From Acidobacteriota bacterium (GTDB taxonomy: Bacteria; Acidobacteriota; Thermoanaerobaculia; UBA5066; Gp7-AA6), in NCBI GenBank assembly GCA_046725935.1, contig JBKOZO010000084.1:13204-77203 (forward strand): a DNA stretch of 64,000 bases. The letters are read 5' to 3'. Under the pieces are notes generated by a model, which saw only the letters and a program-made list of their open reading frames with translations, was not told the origin of the DNA and made no database searches. The position numbers and the translations under genes were made by a program. Positions 62,710-64,000 of this stretch are shown here, one piece after another (positions within the stretch are counted from its first letter, which is position 1; each line of letters starts with the position of its first letter).

Positions 62710-64000
62710 ATGTTTCGACCTTTCGTCTTCACCGCGGCCGTCTTCGGCCTCGTGGCCGGGCCCGCACTCGGTCAGCAGCCCGTCCCGACGCCCGCACCCG
62801 GCCAGGACATTCAGCTCACGATCAAGAGCGGCGCTGCGCGGCGCCTCACCGTCGCGGTTCCGCCGCTCGACGCTCCAGGAACCGCGGCTCTCCAGGCACA
62901 GGTGGCGGATCCGTTCACGGCGACCCTGCGTTCGGATCTGGAATACGCCGGGGCGTTCGTCGTGGCCGAACCGGCCCTCTACCCGCAAGGCTATCGCGAT
63001 CCCTCGACCCAGGACGCCGCGGACCGGTGGCTCGGCACAGGCGCCGAGGTCCTGGTCGACAGCCGGGGATCCGTCAGCGGCGACAAGGTATCGATCGAGG
63101 GACGCGTCTGGGATCTGAAGTCCCGCAAGCTCATCTTCGGACGGAGGTATTCGGGAGGCGCGTCCTACGTCGAGCGCATCGCCCACACGTTCGCCAACGA
63201 TCTGGTGAAATACTTCACCGGAAAGCCGGGTAACTTCCTGTCGACCATCCTCTTCGTCACCGAGCATCCCGGCGGCATCAAGGAAATCGAGGCCATGGAC
63301 TTCGACGGCCGCAACACCCGGACGCTGACCTCGCACAAGTCCATCGCGATCAATCCCAGCGGCGCGGCCGGCCGCATCGCCTACACCTCCTACGTGCGCC
63401 TGTATCCCCAGATCTGGACGATGGGGCCCGACGGCGCCGACAAGCGCGAAGTGCCCACGGGCGTCGATCTCAACGCCTCGCCCTCGCCGTCTCCCGACGG
63501 CCGTGAGATCGCCTTCGCCGGCTCGGCCGGCGGAAACGCCGACATCTACACCGTGGGCGTCGCCGGCGGATCGGCCAAGCGGCTCACGACGAGCCGCGCT
63601 CTCGAGGCCTCGCCCGCCTGGTCGCCGACGGGCCGCCAGATCCTCTACACCTCGGACCTGACCGGCACGCCGCAGATCTACGTGATGGAGGCGGAGGGGA
63701 CGGGCTCGCGCCGCGTCACGTTCGCCGGAAACTGGAACGACGAAGGGTCGTGGTCTCCCGACGGCTCGCGCATCGCGTTCGCCTGCCGCAACGAAGGCGA
63801 CTTCAACATCTGTGTGATGGACTTCGCGACCGGCCAGACGGTACAGATCACCTCGGAGGGATCCAACGGCCATCCGACCTGGTCGCCGGACGGCGAGAAG
63901 ATCGTCTATTCCTCGCGCCGCAGCGGATCGACACAGATCTACACATCCGACGCGAACGGACAGAACAAGCGGCAGCTGACCAAGGGAGGCAACCACTACC
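62710..64000 (+). CDS. tolB: Tol-Pal system beta-propeller protein TolB (3' end beyond window)
   Basis: Own translation from ATG 62710: MFRPFVFTAAVFGLVAGPALGQQ..., with repeated WSPDG/PSPSPDG/PAWSPTG blades. There is no stop before 64000, so it is absent from the ORF track. Confidence 0.9.
   Translation, partial: MFRPFVFTAAVFGLVAGPALGQQPVPTPAPGQDIQLTIKSGAARRLTVAVPPLDAPGTAALQAQVADPFTATLRSDLEYAGAFVVAEPALYPQGYRDPSTQDAADRWLGTGAEVLVDSRGSVSGDKVSIEGRVWDLKSRKLIFGRRYSGGASYVERIAHTFANDLVKYFTGKPGNFLSTILFVTEHPGGIKEIEAMDFDGRNTRTLTSHKSIAINPSGAAGRIAYTSYVRLYPQIWTMGPDGADKREVPTGVDLNASPSPSPDGREIAFAGSAGGNADIYTVGVAGGSAKRLTTSRALEASPAWSPTGRQILYTSDLTGTPQIYVMEAEGTGSRRVTFAGNWNDEGSWSPDGSRIAFACRNEGDFNICVMDFATGQTVQITSEGSNGHPTWSPDGEKIVYSSRRSGSTQIYTSDANGQNKRQLTKGGNHY

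Noticed and set aside
1-64000. CRISPR arrays, rRNA/tRNA genes, IS elements, toxin-antitoxin pairs and known defence-system genes.
   Set aside because: None was recognised. Coding density leaves only one gap over 110 nt, and no transposase, integrase (other than xerD), Cas, restriction-modification, reverse-transcriptase or typical TA-size gene pair was seen. This is a by-eye negative result and should be confirmed with tRNAscan-SE, Infernal, CRISPRCasFinder, ISEScan and DefenseFinder.

Overview
This is a very GC-rich, extremely gene-dense bacterial chromosomal segment. I call about 66 protein-coding genes, many chained by 4-nt start/stop overlaps (ATGA, GTGA, TTGA). There is only one sizeable non-coding gap, about 300 nt at 24.8-25.1 kb. 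By eye I found no rRNA, tRNA, CRISPR array, IS element, integron or prophage.

The gene content (PEGA-type Ser/Thr kinase, Tol-Pal, SpoIVB-like peptidase, YXWGXW protein, DUF1684) looks like an Acidobacteriota- or Myxococcota-like Gram-negative. That is only a guess.

Main blocks:
1. **1.3-12.1 kb (+):** an 11-gene coupled operon holding the beta-lysine branch of lysine fermentation (kdd, kamD, kamE, kal, kce). It also carries a ParB/Srx-like protein, an exported cyclase-family hydrolase, a P-loop protein, an APC permease and an exported PSMA-like M28 peptidase. No lysine 2,3-aminomutase is present.
2. **12.1-18.8 kb (-):** thiolase, hbd and crotonase with two unknown small genes inserted, followed by a LeuA-like synthase, xerD and a lytic transglycosylase.
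3. **18.8-24.8 kb:** a serine hydrolase, a lipoprotein, and a Ser/Thr kinase-TPR-DUF1684 module. Its junctions seem to need CTG initiation.
4. **25.1-32.0 kb (-):** a housekeeping run of CoA pyrophosphatase, prfB (with its classic +1 frameshift), lnt, lipA, a SPOR protein and a stomatin/NfeD pair.
5. **32.1-36.5 kb:** an spt-like alpha-oxoamine synthase, an N-acyltransferase-like gene, an SDR and a convergent PAP2_C/IPC-synthase-like gene. I read this as a candidate ceramide/phosphosphingolipid locus.
6. **36.5-52.6 kb:** mixed metabolism and unknowns, including an M1 peptidase, an aminotransferase, an archaeal-type GAPDH-like gene and an NYN-LOTUS protein with zinc-ribbon neighbours.
7. **52.6-60.6 kb (-):** coaD, a peptide-type ABC importer without ATPase genes, a beta-propeller protein and an S55 peptidase.
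8. **60.6-64.0 kb (+):** tolQ, tolR, a tolA-like gene and tolB (truncated by the window edge).

All family assignments rest on motifs I recognise from memory; no searches were run. Most long Arg/Pro/Gly-rich ORFs in the six-frame track are antisense or out-of-frame shadows of real genes and were discarded.
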